From assembly GCF_009914755.1 (NCBI RefSeq), contig NC_060928.1: a DNA stretch of 64,000 bases; one strand, written 5' to 3'. Below, piece after piece: positions 34,280 to 48,049 of the stretch (its first letter is position 1; every line of letters begins with the position of its first letter). This DNA comes from the human T2T-CHM13v2.0 reference genome, Homo sapiens. The notes under the pieces are model-generated. The model searched no databases, had not been told where the DNA came from, and saw only the letters and a program-made list of their open reading frames with translations. Made by a program: the position numbers and the translations under genes.

Positions 34280-36898
34280 CTATGTAATTAATGTCTTTGT
34301 CTGGTGGTGATGTTAAGGTAATTTGGGGTTCATACAATTAAGTAGAAAGTATTTCCTCTGCTTCTATTTTCTGAAAGAGAGTGTAGAGAACTGGTACACT
34401 TTGTTTCTTAAATGTTTAGTAGAATTCACCAGTGAAAACATCCAGACCTGGTTCTTTCCTTTTGGAAAATTATTAGTTACTGCTTCTTTAATAAATATTG
34501 GCTTATTCTCATTTTCTATTTCGTCTTGTGTAAATTTTTACAGATTGTGTCTTTCAGGGCATTGATTTCATCTAGGTTGTCAAATTACCTGGCATAGAGT
34601 TGCTCATAGTATTTCCTTATTATCTAATTAATATCCATGTTATCAATAATGATGCCCTTTCTTTCACTTCTGCTGCCAATAATTTGTGTCCTCTCTTTTT
34701 TTCATAGTCAGCCAGTTTAGAGACTTGTCAATGTTACTAATTTTTCTCAAAGAACCAGCTTTTGATTTAGTCACTTATCTATTACTTTTGTGTTTCAATT
34801 CATTGATTTCTTCTCTAATATTTATGATTTATTTTCTTCTTTTTATTTTGAATTTAATTTTCTCTTCTTCTAGTTTTATAAGGTGAAATTTATATTATGG
34901 ATTCTGGGTCTTTCTTCTTCTCTAATATATGCCCTTAATGCTAGAAATTTCCCTCTAGGCACCGTTTTTGTTGCATTTTACAAATTTGGATAAGCCATGT
35001 TTCATTTTCATTTTCATTTATTGCAAAATATTTTTAAAATTCTTTGGACAGTCCTTTGTTGACCCGTGTATTATTTAAAAATATGTTGTTTAATCTCCAA
35101 GTATTTTGAAATTATCCAGCTATATTGGAATTATTAACCCCTAGCTCAAATTCCATTGCAGCCTGACAGCAGATTTTGTATTATTTCAATTCTTTTAAAT
35201 TCATCAAAGTGTGTTTTATGGCTCAGTTGAGGTCTATCTTAGTGGACGTTCCATGTGAGTTGAGAAAAATATGTAATCTGTTATATTCGGATGAAGTAGT
35301 CTATGGTTATCTATTATATCTTGTTGATTGATGGTGCTGTTGAGTTCAACTGTCCTTAACTTTCTGCCTGCTAGATCTGTTTATGTCTAATAGAGGGGTG
35401 GTGAAGTTTCTAACTACAGAGTAGATTCATCTATTTCTCTTTACAGTTCTATCAGTTTAGCATCACATATTTTGACCTTGTTTTAGGTGCATATATATTA
35501 AAGACTGCTATGTCATTTTGGAGAATTGACACCTTCATCACTATGAAATGTTCCATTTTATCCCTTCAGAGCCTTCTTGCTCTGAAGTCTACTGTCTCTG
35601 AAATTAATATAGCCATTTCCACTTTCTTCTGATTAGTTCAGCATAGTGCTTCTTTATCTATCCATTTACCTTTAATCTATATATAGCTTTATATTTAAAG
35701 TCAATTTCTTATAGACAACCTACAGCTGGAACTTCCTTTTGTGCAGTCTGACAATTTCTCTCTTTTAATTGGTGTGTTTAGATCATTGACATTTAAAGTG
35801 GTTATTGATATAGTAGGATTCACATCTATCATGTTTGTAACTGTTTTCTATTTGTTTCTGTAAAGCCCATCAAAGGTGTTCTCCACTTCTGTTATAGTGT
35901 TTATTGCTTACATTGCCCATTTTATATTGTTATTTACTTATCCATTAGAGATCTTAACATATTCACCACAGTTTTTTTTTTTTAATTCCTGGCCTAGTAA
36001 TTTCTAGAAGAAACAAAGCAAGCATCAAAACCAGATTCAGATGTGGCAGAGATATTATTTGCCTTTTAGTATGTCTTGAGATTTTCTCTTGGTAGCATGA
36101 CAACGTGTAATGGGTAAAGTAACTGCTGTGAATAGGCCTTTAATAATGTGGTGATATGTTGCAGGGGATAAGAAGAATCTTAGCAATCATATGATTATGT
36201 CTTAGTCTTTTGAGTGAGCTAGTGTCTCTGGACTGTGAGCTACATGAATGTTTCTCAGTTTTTTGTTGAATTTTACTCTTCTCTGTCTGCCTTATGTGGG
36301 ACAGGATAGTAAGAGTGGTTTGGAGTTGGGTGTTTCCCTTCCCCTTCCTCTAAGCCAGTTAGACTCTGATAAAACTCCAGTAAGTTAGGCTGCAGTTAAA
36401 TAATAATTTCTCCTGAGTGAGACTTGTTAAGAACAGAATTCTCTGTCATATTTCAAAATGGTTTCTATTCCCCTCCCCATGCTGGAAACAGGAGGACATT
36501 TTTCTCCAACATTTACTGTAAGAAACTGGTCAAATCCTGGAGGTAAAACTCACAAAATTGTGACAGCCCCCTTCCCATTACTGGGTCCCCTGCAGTTTTG
36601 AACTCAGATTCGCCCACACTGAGTCATCAGCAATTCATCAATTTCAGTTTAAGTTTTCCTACTGGGCACTGGATCCAATGAAGGTTTCCACTGGTGGGTT
36701 TCTGCACCAGTAACTTATAATTCTTTGTATCCAACTGTCTGTCTTTTCTGGTTTAGAGGCAGCTCTTTGCCCTGTGGCCTCACTTTTCTTAGCGATCTAA
36801 GAGAGGTTATTGATTTTTCTGATTGTTCAGCTTTTACTTGCTGTTGAGATTGAATGGTGATTTCCAAGATTATTATTGCAAGACTAAAAACTGAAAGT
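34280..36898 (-). mobile_element. Old L1M ORF2 and 5'-region fragments
   Basis: Reverse-complement ORF2-like sequence (GTAGAATTCACCAGTGAA, CAAAGAACCAGCTTTTG, AAATTTCCCTCTAGGCAC). Confidence 0.8.
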
Positions 36899-36998
36899 TG
36901 GCTTATTTTTTGAGGGTCATTTTATTGTATGAGAAAGACTCCAGGGGCAATAATGAGGCAAGAAACCAGTTGAGAGGCTATTATGAGAGCATAGACAA

Positions 36999-37357
36999 TG
37001 TGTCAGTCTGTCCTCAGGCTGCTAACAAAGACATACCCAAGACTGACTAATTTATTAAGGAAAGAGGTTTAATTGACTCACAGTTCAGCATGGCTGGGGA
37101 GGCCTCACAATTACGGCAGAAGGCAAATGAGAAGCAGTTACCTCTTACATGGCAGCAGGCCACAGAGCTTGTGTAGGGGGAGCTCCCATTTATAAACCAT
37201 CAGGTCTCCTGAGACTTATTCACTAACACAAGAACAGCATGGGAAAGATTTGCCCCATGATTCAATTATCTCCCTGGGTCCCTCCCATGTTATATACAAA
37301 TTATGGAAGCTACAATTCAAGGTGAGATTTGGGTGGGGATACAGCCAAACCATGCCA
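36999..37357 (-). mobile_element. THE1 solo LTR
   Basis: AAGACATACCCAAGACTG...GAGATTTGGGTGGGGATACAGCCAAACCATGCCA; TSD GACAA / GTCAA. Confidence 0.92.
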
Positions 37358-40300
37358 GTCAACATTTGATGATCTCTAGAATGATGAAAATATCAATGTA
37401 GAAGGTAAAAAATAGTATATTCCAGAGTCAATAACATTTGGAATTTGAATGTTACCTTTTATAAAAAACACTCCCTCTTTATCTCTCCAAGTAGAGTTAT
37501 TTGCTCTCTTACATGAGCTTACATCATATTCTATTAACATCTCTACTCTAGCTTTTATCAAATTTTAATATAAATAACTTGTAAGTTCTTGATTTTCCAC
37601 CAAAATTTTGAACTCTTTCAATTAAGACATCTGATTCTTTTTCATCTTTCTCAATGTCAACACAATGCCTAACTTTCACTGGTAATTAATCTTTCTCAGG
37701 AGAGAAAAAGAGAGCAATTACACGGGAATAAATTATTCTTTTTATAAATTATTTATAAATTTATGTTTTAATAAATTATATATTCACAATAATTTATATA
37801 CTAATAAATTAAGAATAAGATGTGCATAATATTTGGGTGTACTCTCTGGCATCCATTAAGTTCTTACCTAATTCTCAGGGTTAGTCTACTAATAACATAT
37901 AGAAGAGCAAGAGTTTACAGACTATGATTCATAGGTAGACAAATAGATAGAGAAAACATCATGCTCCCATGGCTAGTTTTGCAGTGATTGTCAATGCATT
38001 GCACTATGTTGACTAAAAGGCAAAAATAAAATGAAAGGTTTGGTGGAAAAAAAATCTCAGAAAAATGTATGTTGAAATTAAGTACATTTGTAAATTATCT
38101 TCAACCTGAAGTCAACGTTTTGCTCTGTAGTCATGTTAGATTTCAAAATTCATGTTTGGTTGAAGCAGCAGCACTCAATAATTAAATTAACTTTATTTGG
38201 CTGGCCTCAAAAATGAGTAATCCAGAGAATAGAATTTGTTATGTAAAATAGTTGCTGTTCTACTTGAAAAAATGTATAGTGGCACTACGCTACGGTAAAG
38301 ACAGGAAGCATTATAATCTGTAGGCACCTGAGAAGTGGTCACTTGTTAGGGGTATCTAAGTTTCCCCTTTTCTGAAGGTGTGACATTTCTCTAACTTAGC
38401 TCAGCTTTTGACAGTGGAGAAACATGGGCTTCCTCAGTTTAAAAGGGCCACCAAATACAAAGAACTAGCAGAAATGTTTATATCTGGGGTTCAGCTGAGC
38501 AGAAATATATGCCTGCAATCATCCAGTGCATCTCAGATAAAGCCCCAGAGAAAGATTCCAATAGCAGAAACAAATACACAAAAAAAACCTTAGTGTATTG
38601 TAATTTCCTATTACTGATTTGTCACTTGAGATATTAGCATATTATACAAATTCACAGTCTCAAGACCCAAAATAAATTTTTAAACCTAACGAAAATTGAG
38701 AAGTCATGAAGTATTTTTACAGCAAACAAAACTGGTTGCCCTTTGAACAGATAATAAATCACTCTGACCTGATACTGGAGATTCAACATATACTACACAG
38801 GCAAAGCTATTGCTGGAGTATTTTAACATTTGTTGGAACTGCTTTCAACTATAGCTCCTGATGCCTCCTGTGGTTGCCAGTGGGAGGCCTTGAATAAACA
38901 GTTCACATATTTGTAATTCCTTTGGAAAATCCACTTAAAATTGTATCCATTAATCTGTTCTTGAAATGAAAAACAGAAAATCATACCTTTATATCAAAAA
39001 TATACTGCACACAAAAAAGCATTCTACCCACCTATATAAATCATTATAACATCTAGATGATATAATTTTAGACTTTCCTTGTGCATATATAATGGATATA
39101 TGTATTATATTTTTTAAAAAATAGGGTCATAATCTATTTTTAAAGTATTTTCAAACATAGCTACTCTGTTTAATGAGTAGCTTTTAAAACAGTATATTTT
39201 TAACAGTATAATTGTTTTAAAAACTACTCTTTAAACATAGTACATTACAATTTTATATCAATAAATATTTATGGCATGATTTTAACAGAAAATTTGACTA
39301 CAATTTTAAATTTCAATAATTAATACTTACTAATATCAGGCATTATTTTAAGCACTGCATATAAACTGCGTTATAAACACACATGCACACACACATGATT
39401 AATCTTCCCCTTTCAATTATTTGGGTTAATTTAAAGTCTTTTGATTATAAAACAAACAAGTTGCCTGGAAATGTTAATGAGATAAATAATTCCCACAGTA
39501 GAAAATAGTCTCCTTAATAGTACTATAATTTGTTGATTTCATTAGATTTAGCACTGGCTTCTTCTTTCTATTAGCTACTCCTTTATTATATAAAGAAAGC
39601 TTTTTGTTTTAAGAAATAATTTGTGATCACAAATGTTGTTTGGATGAAAACATTCAAGGCAACTCAAAATTTGTTAATACCTGAAACGAGTTTTATGAGC
39701 CAACACACACATATACACACCACACAGACATAAACACACACACACAACTCCTCTAGGTTCCAATTGTAATGTGTGCCCTTATCTTATTTATCATTGATTT
39801 TTACTGCTTTGAAACTTATTAGTCAGCTTTATTAGTAATCCTTTACTCATTTTTAAGCACCCGTCTGTCATTGATCATTTGACATTGATCGTATGTACTA
39901 TCAAGCCTCTCCATATCAGTGATATTATTTAGAGTCCAATTTAATGTAGGACTGGTGGTTGAAAAGTCTACCTTTATGGTGGGTTTTTCTGTTGAAGCAT
40001 CCTTTCTTCTGTAATCTTTTAATTCAGATGAACTCAGAGTAAAGCTGTACAACTTCTATAAACTTTCTAGACTAAAGAAAGCAAACATAAGTTTAAAAAA
40101 CACTTTGTCTTTTTATTCTCAGATAAAGTAAATGAAACAGGCTATATATTTTCTTGTTCTTCAGTTTATCATTGAATCTAGTACACATATCTATGAGGGA
40201 AGTTTTTGTGCTTATTTTAGTTGAGTATGTAGCTTTGATCAATTAAAAAAAACACTGTGGAACAAATTAAACCTCAAAGCAATTATGAAACTGTAGGCCT

Positions 40301-41153
40301 TACTCTACAGTTATATCTTTAGTTATTTTGGCCTTTAAACTTTTATGTAGTATAACCATTATGTTTTCAAAATAATTTTTTAAAAATCTTAAGTTTTATG
40401 TAAACTCTTATCATATGTATAACATAATGGGGAAGTTTAGCTGCTAAGCATTTTTAAACCATAAAAGCCATAATAAACAGTATTACATATATTTGCTATT
40501 CATTAGGATAATTTAATTTTCTCTAAATAAAACAAAAGAGAAAATTGTTGTAATTATTATGTTTTAAACTGTTAATGAATTTAAGACAATTGTAAAAATA
40601 AAATCTTTCAAATCTTTATAAACCAATAAACTGGACAATCTTTTCTTAGAGGTAAACAATGGATAGGATTGATGAAGAACTCTATGTAGCTAATTATAAT
40701 ACAGCAAAAGTGCTAACTCCCTTGTCTGGGTTTTCCACCAAAATAAATAAATAAATAAATTTCTTTGTCTAGAGAGTCACTAAGAAATGTTTCAAGTGTG
40801 CAGTTAGCATCTCCTACTTCTGAGATGGACAAAATGCATTGTATTCTGCTTCATGAATATAATATTTTATTCATCCTTTTGGTCAAAAGTTTTATTTTCA
40901 TTATAAAATTCCTTAAAAGTTTAATAAATTACAAACAAATATTTAGTGTTATTAAAAGCAAAGAACCTGGAATCAGATTTCTTTGTTTAAAATGTTCTCT
41001 CCCAGTTACACATTGTCTGATGTATGGGAAATGATTTAATTTCTTTGTGACTCAGTGTCCTCGAAAAAAAAATGAGAATAATAATATTTAGCTAACACAG
41101 CTGTTGTGAGAATTAGACAATATTCCAGAAACACTGTAATTTTCAATTCATGT

Positions 41154-42608
41154 TGAGAGGTGACAACTTGCTAGTAGCCCTAGCTCACTCTTGGCACCTC
41201 CTCAGGCCACGGTGTCCACTCTGGCTGCACTTGAGGAGCCCTTCAGCCCACCGCTGCACTGTGGGAGCCCCTCTCTGAGCTGGCCAAGACCGGAGCCGGC
41301 TCCCTCTGCTTGAGGGGAGGTGTGGAGGGAGAGGCACAGGCGGGAATGGGGGCTGTGCGCGGTGCTCCCAGGCCAGTGGGAGTTCTCAGTGGGCACAGGC
41401 TCAGCGGGCCCCGCACTTGGAGCAGCCGGCTGGTGCTGCTGGCCCCTGCAGTGAGGGGCTTAGCACCTGGGCCAGCAGCTGCGGGGGGTGCGCCGGGTCC
41501 CCCGGCACTGCCGGCCCACCTGTGCCATGCTTGAATTCGCACCAGGCCTCAGCCACCTTCCCACGGGGCAGGGCTCAGGACCTGCAGCCTGCTATGCCCA
41601 AGCCCCCCCACCGACCCCACCCTACCATGGGCTCCCGCGCGGCCCAAGCCTCCCGGATGGGTGCCACCTCCTGCTCCGAGGCACCCAGTCCCATCGACTG
41701 CCCAAGGGCTGAGGAGTGCAGGCACGGCACGGGACTGGCGGGCAGCTCAGCCAATGGCCCCAGCACGGGATCCACTAGGTGAAGCCAGCTGGACTCATGA
41801 GTCAGGTGGGGACTTGGAGAACTTTTGTGTCTAGCTAGAGGATTGTAAACGCACCAATCAGCACCCTGTGTCTAGCCCAAGGATTGTAAATGCACCAATT
41901 AGCACCCTGTGTCTAGCTCAAGGTTTGTAAATGCACCAATCAGTGCTCTGTGTCTAGCTAATCTAGTGGAGACTTGGTGAACTTTTGTGCCTAGCTACAG
42001 GATTGTAAATGCACCAATCAGCACTCTATGTCTAGCTCAGGGATTGTAAATGCACCAGTCAGCACCCTGTCAAAATGGACCAATCAGCTCTCTGTAAAAT
42101 GGACCAATCAGCAGGATGTGGGTGGGACCAGATAAGGGAATGAAAGCACGCTGCAGGAGCCAGCAGTGGAAACCCGCTCTGGTCCCCTTCCACACTGTGG
42201 AAGCTTTGTTCTTTTGCTTTTTGCAATAAATCTTGCTGCTGCTCACTCTTTGGGTCCGCACTGACTTTATGAGCTGTAACACTCACTGCAAAGGTCTGCA
42301 ACTTCACTCCTGAGGCCAGCAAGACCACGAACCCACCGGGAGGAATGAACAACTCTGGACGGGAAGAATGAACAACTCCAGATGTGCCGCCTTAAGAGCT
42401 GTAACACTCACCATGAAGGTCTGCAGCTTCACTCCTGAAGCCAGCGAGACCACGAACCCACCAGAAGGAAGAAACTCCTAACAGGTCTGAACATCAGAAG
42501 GAACAAACTCCAGACACACCATCTTTAAGAACTGTAACACTCACCGTGAGGGTCCGCGGCTTCATTCTTGAAGTCAGTGAGACCAAGAACCCACCAATTC
42601 CAGACACA
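41154..42608 (+). mobile_element. LTR12 (ERV9) solo LTR
   Basis: TGAGAGGTGACA start and CCAATTCCAGACACA end; GC-rich U3, tandem CCAAT repeats, U5 repeats; TSD ATGT / ATAT. Confidence 0.96.
41821..42150 (+). promoter_or_regulatory. LTR12 U3 enhancer/promoter array (NF-Y CCAAT repeats, GATA site)
   Basis: ~41-bp repeats GGATTGTAAATGCACCAATCAGCAC; six intact CCAAT boxes; GATAAG at 42131. Confidence 0.75.
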
Positions 42609-43013
42609 ATATCACTGGATATATAAATTCAATAAATATTTTATGAATAGCTCTTGTAATAATTATTTTCAGGAAGAAAATGCATTTGTGTGAAAAATAC
42701 ATTGATAAAACTTTTGTGAAATATTGACAAGGTACTTTTTATAAAACTGGGAAGTGAATTTGTTCTGCTCTGAAATGCCAGAGAAGAGAAAAACAAACTA
42801 TCCAAGAGAGGGATAAAGAAAAGAGCCAAAGAAGATGTGAGGTATAAAACTACAAAAGAAATAATCAGGAGAGTTTCCTTTGGAGCATGTATTCAGAACC
42901 CTTTAGGACAAGGAATGAATGGTGCTAAATTTGAAGTGATTCAATTGCTGTGGTGTAAATCTTTATCTAGGAGATAATCCCAGCAAAATTTCACTAAAGT
43001 CTACTACACTAAT

Positions 43014-43377
43014 TGTATTAGTCTGTTTTCATACTGCTGATAGAGACATACCCAAGATGGGCAATTTACAAAAGAAAGAGATTTAACTGGACATACAGTT
43101 CCATGTGGCTGGGGAAGCCTCATAATCATGGCAGAAGGCAAGGAGGAGCAAGTCACATCTTACGGGGATGGCAGCAGGCAAAGAGAGCTTGTGAAGAGCA
43201 ATTCCGATTTTTAAAACCATCAGATCTTGTAAGACCCATTCGCTATTAGGAGAACAGCACACGAAAGAACTGCCCCCATAATTCAACCGTCTCCCACTGG
43301 GTCCCTCCCACAACACGTGGGAATTATGGGCACTATAAGATGAGATTTGGGTGGGAACGGAGAGCCAAGCCATATCG
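43014..43377 (-). mobile_element. THE1B-like solo LTR
   Basis: TGTATTAGTCTGTTTTCATACTGCTGATA...GCAAGGAGGAGCAAGTCACATCTTAC...CCATATCG; TSD CTAAT / CTCAT. Confidence 0.92.
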
Positions 43378-44129
43378 CTCATGAATGCTTTGTATAACGT
43401 AGTTTCCTATTTTGTTTTGTGAAAAATGAGAAATGGCTCAAATGTTGTGATATACACAAAATGCACTGCTAATGGTTTTACAGAGGAATAATCAAGTAGG
43501 TAGCCATCTCTCAGGTACTGGAAGAAGTCCTTGGAACTTCCTTAGATTTCCATGCAATATCTTACAGGAATTTGAACTAATTATGTCTGGATATAAAGGG
43601 GTATAACATACCTCAGTTGATGTTGAATTTATGGAGATACCCATAACCTTTGCATTCTTAAAGTACTCTATAATTTTCAAAAACTTTTCTTACATTATCT
43701 TGCTTGTTCTTCACAAAGCTCTATGAGGCAGGCAGGGCAGGGATTCTTCATCGCAATTGCAGATTAGGAAGCTGAGCCTGGGAAGATTAACTGACACACC
43801 AAAGGTAGAACAAGGACAGCTTAAATTTCTCTAGCCTTCTCCTTCTCTCATGTGCAGGATGAGAATCTCCAGATTGAAGAAAAGTACTTTGGATGTCATG
43901 ATTTTTTATTCTAGTTTAGGTAAAGAACAGATATGTGTGTCCTCTTAGAAAAAATAAATCCAAGTATATTATTTTTTTCAAAATAATTGTTGTGGAAGCT
44001 TTTCAAGAAAATAAGTTTTTGAAGTTATGCTATAAGTAAAATAAATTTCTCAATTAGATTAAATAAGATCTTTAGATAGAAATCAATCCTTTTGATGACA
44101 ATCTGTGTTTGAGTTTAAATGCCTTGAGT

Positions 44130-44656
44130 CATATTAACCATGACTTTTATTTTCTGTATTCTGATGCTTTGACATTTAGAATCTTGGTCACCCTGGAGCA
44201 ACTGCCCTAATTTCTAGAGATTCTTAAATAGCCCAGTAATGCACCTTTCAATTGCAAACCAAGCAATCTAGAGTTTATCCTCATAAGCAACTCCTTTATC
44301 AGGATCTCATATTATGGGCCACTATCCACCTGCCCTAAACATTCTAAGGGCAAGGGCCAGAAAACTAGGGGCTGCCCTTATCCCCCAGACCTCTCTAAAA
44401 TTATTCAAATCAACCAATCCTTATTTGACTTGTCCTGACTTGCCCTTTCCTTCCTGTGGAAACGAAAATAAAGTCTCTGGCTCCTAATCGATGCTGGTGC
44501 TTCCCCATATTCCCCCTACCCCAACCCTTCACCCTTTGGCTTGCCATGCCCTCTCCTCTTGGAATCTGTAAATATAACAAACTTTCCTTTCGATGGCAGT
44601 CAACTTCTAATCTGTTGGCCTTGCCATACCTATATAATGATAAAAGCCACTTTAAA

Positions 44657-44687
<31 letters not shown>

Positions 44688-44720
44688 GCTTCTTGTTCCT
44701 GATGTATACTTGTGAGTACA
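44130..44720 (+). mobile_element. ERVL-class LTR (MER74-like) with (AAT)n tract at ~44658-44683
   Basis: TTAACCATG...TTTTCTGTATTCTGATGCTTTGACAT...ACCCTGGAG...ACTGCCC; family name from memory. Confidence 0.6.
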
Positions 44721-44794
44721 CACACACTCAGAGTTCTTTCTCCCCCTTCCCTGCCACCCAACTTAGAACCAGCAGAACCACAGTCCAGAAGTCA

Positions 44795-44970
44795 CTCATC
44801 CTTACCTTTGACTAAAAACTGAGCAGAAGATGAGATTATTGGTGTATTGCATGTCTCAGGGTGCTGTATAGACAAGACACTAGAATAAACAAAAGGACAC
44901 CACATTGTGATTCTAAGCACAGGGATTGTGTTTTCTATAGGGGAGAAAAATGTGGTGCTTGAAAGGGAGA
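44795..44970. repeat. Inverted repeat, left arm
   Basis: Reverse complement of 46050-46225; manual ungapped alignment gives 17 mismatches in 176 bp. Confidence 0.96.
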
Positions 44971-45540
44971 GTATTGAGGAGTGACAGAAAGAGTGGGGGT
45001 AGTTAGGAATCAAGAGAATGTTCTTACCTTCTGAAGATATTAGCAGTGAAAACCTGCCTACTAGTGAACAGAACAGGCAATCAACAACTTATTTCTTTTC
45101 CTGCACAAGATATCAGATTTTTAAACTAGAGTCACTCGAATTGTAGATCTTACCCAGGATCAAGCTTTACCAATAATTTTTAAGATACAAGCAATTGAAA
45201 GGCACAGAGTACACAGGGAGAGGTTAGACACAATGAATGCATCTCTTCAGTTTTTTCCTTACTATATTGGACTCACACTTTTGCTTCGGGGTACATTTAG
45301 GTTATGAAACATCTCCATTCACTTTTATACCAGATAGTGTGCAGCTTACATGTAGGTTTTTATTCTTCATGTTTACCATAAGCAGTCATAAACTGAGAAC
45401 ATCCTGCTAAAAGCATTTCATAGACAAGGGCTTTCTTTCTTGTAAATAGCATTAGTCTGTTCAATGAAGTCAATTTTCAGCATGTTTACAAGGAGATTAG
45501 ATTGAGTTGCCTGATTTCTTTTCTTTTTGTTTGTTTTTCA

Positions 45541-45907
<367 letters not shown>

Positions 45908-46006
45908 TTACCTCCTTCCTTCTTTCCTCATATCCTCCTTGTCCAGTTCCCATGCTTTACAATGCAGATGTCCATGTGGTTTTGGGTAATTATCAAAAGT
46001 CTTATT

Positions 46007-46051
46007 TAATGTACTTTTTATAACTTCATGTAATGTACTTTTTATAACTTC
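46007..46051. repeat. Tandem 21-bp duplication
   Basis: TAATGTACTTTTTATAACTTC twice (46007-46027, 46031-46051), separated by ATG. Confidence 0.95.
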
Positions 46052-46225
46052 TCACTTTCAGCTGCCTCATTTTTCTCCCCTATAAAAAACACAATCCCTG
46101 TGCTTCGAATCACAATGTGGCATCTTTTTGTTTATTCTAGTGTCTTGTCTATACAGCAAACTGAGACATGCAATACACCAACAATCTCATCTTCTGCTCA
46201 GTTTTTAGTCGTAGGTGAGGATGAG
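46050..46225. repeat. Inverted repeat, right arm
   Basis: See left arm; ORFs 44792-45013(-) and 46100-46318(+) share LRITMW..FVYSSVLSIQ..ETCNTP.ISSSAQFLV.G.DE. Confidence 0.96.
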
Positions 46226-47112
46226 ATGATTGTATACAGCAGCCCTGAGGTAATTAACAGCGTCTTAGAAAAAAAACTCGATTTTACATCTCATAGGGCA
46301 CTTTGCCAACAAGGATAAGATGTTTTGTTTAATAAACAAATAAAAACATAAAGACTCTGCCCAACCAGGTAAGGACACAAAGAAGCACACCCTTTCACTA
46401 TCAGTTCTCACCAGAGGATCCTGTGTATATAAAAGACCAGGCTTTAAGAAACTCAAAATAGCTGCCTTAACTGACATCATCTTGCAGTCATTCATGATAA
46501 GAACTTGGCATCTGCCACCAAAGGCTCTGCCACATCGATGACTCTTTCTTACAAGATTGATGGAAAGCCAGCTGGAAACATGATAACACCTGTCCCACTA
46601 ACCTTCCCCTCCTCTGTGGTACAAAGAGAGGTGATTCTACTACCAAGATTGCAATATTAAATGGTATTGCTATCACCAAAGTCAAACTTAATAATGATGC
46701 CTAGCCTAATAGGACACAACATGAAATCATCCATTCAAGTATTTATTGAGCATAGACGGAGTGTATGGTAACCCAGGTCTAAGAATATTCATTGCTAAAG
46801 AATAGAAGGGGCAGAAATTCTATCATGCTATATATTAATATGATTTTTCCACTTGTGGAACATTTAAGGATAAATATATGATAAGAAATACAGTATCTGA
46901 AAAAAAGTTAGGCCACAACTTTTGAGAGCATTAGATTTCATTAGTCTACAAGAGGCATACACCTGCATTTACTTTTTTTTATGTGCTATCTTACACATAA
47001 TTCTACAGTAAAATGTTATTTACTTAAAAATATAATGGCATATATCTCAATTACATTGGTTTAAAAATATGATGAAGATCATTTAAATCTGGATTTTCAA
47101 ATGTATGTACCA

Positions 47113-47551
47113 CAGTTGTTCCTTGAGTAATGCAGGGGTTAGGGTCACAACTCCACATCAGTTGAAAATACACTTATAAAGTTTGACTCCCCAAAACACT
47201 TAACTACTAATAACCTACTATTAACTGACAGTCTTATGGATTACGTAAACATTCAATTAACAAATAGTTTGTATGTTATATGTATTACATACTGTATTTT
47301 TACAATAAAGCAAATTGAAGAAAGGAGAATGTTATTTACAAAGTCATAAGAAAGAGAAAATAAATGTACTGTTCATTAAGTGGAATGGGTCGTCATAAAG
47401 GTTTTCATCTTCATCGTCTTCATATTGAGTAGGCTGAGGAGGAGGAAGAGGCAGGGTTGGTCTTACTGTCTCAGGGTGGTAGAGATGGAAGAAAATTTAC
47501 ATATTTTCTGAACCTATGCATTTTAAGCCTGTGCTGTTCAAGGGTCAACTA
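47113..47551. mobile_element. Tigger2a-like TcMar DNA transposon fossil
   Basis: TIRs CAGTTGTTCCTTGAG / TTCAAGGGTCAACTA, ~440 bp long, TA on the right flank. Confidence 0.85.
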
Positions 47552-48049
47552 TATTTACTTTTGCTGATACCTAATAATTTTTGGTACTTTTTAGATAAAA
47601 TTTATGTAGAATAAACAAGAAAGTTTAGAAAGTGTCCCTGTACTTCTCTGGGCTAACTTCAGCTGGTAGCAATTTGTCCAAAAGCCCATGGCTATAAGAT
47701 AATCCATCAAAATAAATAAACTGAAGGGAAATTGGAAAAGCAAGATATTAGCAGTAATATTAAAACCCTGGAGATCAGGAGGCAAATGGCTTCAACAAAG
47801 ATCTGGGCATTTGCCTGATGCAAGAGATCTTAGATTTTGGGCTTTCCATAGTCCCAGTCTCATTTTGTACTGAGACTTTTAGAGATACACAAAATAGAGG
47901 GAAGACAAAGTTTAACTCTTAGCAATAGTGTTATTAATATATGATACTTAAAATGAAATGCAAAGTCGTCCCTCTTCAGGCCCACACCATCACAAACCTC
48001 AAGTAATATTCAGGATTCATTACTAAGTCGCTTCATGACCTATTTTTTC

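Noticed and set aside
41202-42352. Cluster of GC-rich ORFs and a CpG-island-like stretch
   Set aside because: Entirely within LTR12; stop-poor because of GC content.
41821-42590. Regularly spaced repeats superficially like a CRISPR array
   Set aside because: Known LTR12 U3/U5 tandem repeats with no unique spacers; primate DNA with no cas genes.
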